From Deltaproteobacteria bacterium (lineage in GTDB: Bacteria > Bacillota > Desulfotomaculia > Desulfotomaculales > JAGUVT01): 58,145 nucleotides of DNA. How positions within the stretch are numbered: the first letter of the stretch is position 1; each line of letters starts with the position of its first letter. The translations under genes and the position numbers were made by a program. The notes beneath the pieces are model-generated. The model was not told the DNA's origin. It saw nothing but the letters and a program-made list of their open reading frames with translations, and made no database searches. The stretch covers positions 1-58,145 of the forward strand of contig JAGUVT010000017.1 of NCBI GenBank assembly GCA_020062745.1. Direction: 5' to 3'. This document shows positions 56,498 to 58,145 of the stretch, in pieces.

Positions 56498-58145
56498 GTA
56501 AAATCTTAGAACAGATGCGTTCATTACGGGATATCCGTTCTTTAAGTCTGGTTCAATTGCAGGAACTGGCCGAAGAAATCCGCTGCCAGATAATTGAAAC
56601 GGCGGCTAAAAATGGGGGTCACCTGGCTCCAAGCCTGGGGGTAGTTGAACTGACGCTGGCTTTACACCGGGTTTTTGATTCGCCGGTTGATAAAATTGTC
56701 TGGGATGTCGGGCATCAGAGCTACGCACACAAGTTACTTACCGGACGCAGGGAACATTTTGATGCGCTGCGTCTTTATGGAGGTATAAGCGGTTTTCCAA
56801 GGCCGGAAGAAAGTGGGCACGATGTTTTCGGTACCGGACACAGCAGCACTTCCATTTCGGCTGCTTTGGGCCTGGCCGCGGCCCGTGACTTAAATATGGA
56901 AAGATATTCGGTAGTAGCTGTTATTGGGGACGGCGCTATGACCGGGGGGATGGCTTTTGAGGCTTTGAACCATGCTGGGCACTTGAAGAAGAACTTGATT
57001 GTGGTGCTGAACGATAATGAGATGTCTATTGCCCATAACGTTGGTGCTCTGGCCGGGTACTTGAGCCGACTGCGAACCAATCCTAAATACTTTAAAGGCA
57101 AGGAAGAGTTTGAACAACTTTTACGTAAAGTCCCTGCCGGGTCGATTTTTTTTAGAGTTGCCGAACGATTAAAGGATAGTTTTAAATATCTTGTGGTTCC
57201 GGGGATGTTCTTTGAAGAAATGGGTTTCATTTATCTGGGGCCCATTGACGGGCATAATCTGAAGGCGATGATTCGTGTTCTTCAGCAGGTAAAGTCGATC
57301 AAAGGCCCGGTATTGTTGCATGTAGTTACCAAAAAAGGTAAAGGCTATAGCTTTGCTGAGTCCTGTCCGGACCGGTTTCACGGTATCGGCCCGTTTGATG
57401 TGGCCACAGGAAAAGCGGTAGAGGATAACGGAGCGCCTCCTTCTTATACAGAAGTTTTCGGCCGTACAATAGTAAGGCTGGCTGAAAGTGACGGGCGAAT
57501 CGTCGCCATAACGGCAGCGATGACCAGAGGAACAGGTTTGAACCAGTTTGCCAGGCTTTTCCCCGGCCGTTTCTTTGATGTTGGGATTGCTGAACAGCAT
57601 GCTGTTACTCTGGCCGCCGGCCTGGCTGCCGGCGGGTACCGGCCTGTAGTTGCGGTTTATTCTACTTTTTTGCAGCGTGCTTACGATCAGATACTGCATG
57701 ATGTATGTTTGCAAAGATTGCCGGTAACCCTGGCAATTGATCGGGCCGGCATAGTGGGAGAGGACGGGGCTACTCACCAGGGGTTGTATGATTTTTCTTA
57801 TCTTCGTCATATTCCGAATGTGGTTGTTATGGCTCCAAAAGATGAAAATGAGCTGCAAAACATGCTGGCTACTGCTGTTTCCCACCCCGGACCGGTTGCT
57901 GTCCGGTACCCGCGTCGAAAGGGTGTGGGCTGTTTGTTGGAAGATAATTTTGAGATTTTGCCGGTTGGACGTGCTGAGGTGTTGCTGGACGGTAAAGATG
58001 TTACTTTTCTGGCAGTGGGAAGTATGGTTGAAGTTGCCCGGAAAGCAGCCGGATTGCTGGCAGACGAGGGGATTCGGGCAGCAGTAATCAATGCCCGGTT
58101 TGTTAAACCGCTGGACGAGGAATGCATTTTGAGTTATGCTGTTCG
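56494..58145 (+). CDS. dxs: 1-deoxy-D-xylulose-5-phosphate synthase (partial, runs off the window)
   Basis: TTG start; [61 protein letters not shown]. Confidence 0.96.
   Translation, partial: MSKILEQMRSLRDIRSLSLVQLQELAEEIRCQIIETAAKNGGHLAPSLGVVELTLALHRVFDSPVDKIVWDVGHQSYAHKLLTGRREHFDALRLYGGISGFPRPEESGHDVFGTGHSSTSISAALGLAAARDLNMERYSVVAVIGDGAMTGGMAFEALNHAGHLKKNLIVVLNDNEMSIAHNVGALAGYLSRLRTNPKYFKGKEEFEQLLRKVPAGSIFFRVAERLKDSFKYLVVPGMFFEEMGFIYLGPIDGHNLKAMIRVLQQVKSIKGPVLLHVVTKKGKGYSFAESCPDRFHGIGPFDVATGKAVEDNGAPPSYTEVFGRTIVRLAESDGRIVAITAAMTRGTGLNQFARLFPGRFFDVGIAEQHAVTLAAGLAAGGYRPVVAVYSTFLQRAYDQILHDVCLQRLPVTLAIDRAGIVGEDGATHQGLYDFSYLRHIPNVVVMAPKDENELQNMLATAVSHPGPVAVRYPRRKGVGCLLEDNFEILPVGRAEVLLDGKDVTFLAVGSMVEVARKAAGLLADEGIRAAVINARFVKPLDEECILSYAV

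Noticed and set aside
1-58145. CRISPR array, tRNA/rRNA genes, intact integrase or IS transposase
   Set aside because: None seen; the repeats found are two-copy gene-end duplications, not arrays.

Overview
Chromosomal window from a motile, probably anaerobic Firmicute. A Peptococcaceae/Desulfotomaculum-Pelotomaculum-like host is an inference from gene content, the SLH protein and the OLE RNA. From left to right: (1) a C-terminally truncated sugar transferase and a ~2.5 kb islet (higA, an Rpn-family gene, gene fragments, a group IIC intron 5' stub) bracketed by a 97-bp direct repeat of the fliT-like 3' end; (2) minus-strand late flagellar genes fliC-flaG-fliD-fliS-fliT-like; (3) a ~19 kb flagellin glycosylation island with Maf, a legionaminic-acid-type pathway, a highly divergent second NeuB and several tailoring enzymes, interrupted by two PIN-type toxin-antitoxin pairs; (4) an SLH protein; (5) a large fla/che operon from flgB to fliY; (6) OLE RNA, a frameshifted oapA and a partial dxs. 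The most unusual signal is that all three TA or antitoxin modules are followed directly by a short diverged copy of the 3' end of a nearby gene (fliT-like, neuA, maf). This suggests TA-guarded, repeat-bounded cassettes around the flagellin glycan locus. All calls come from reading motifs by eye; no database searches were run.
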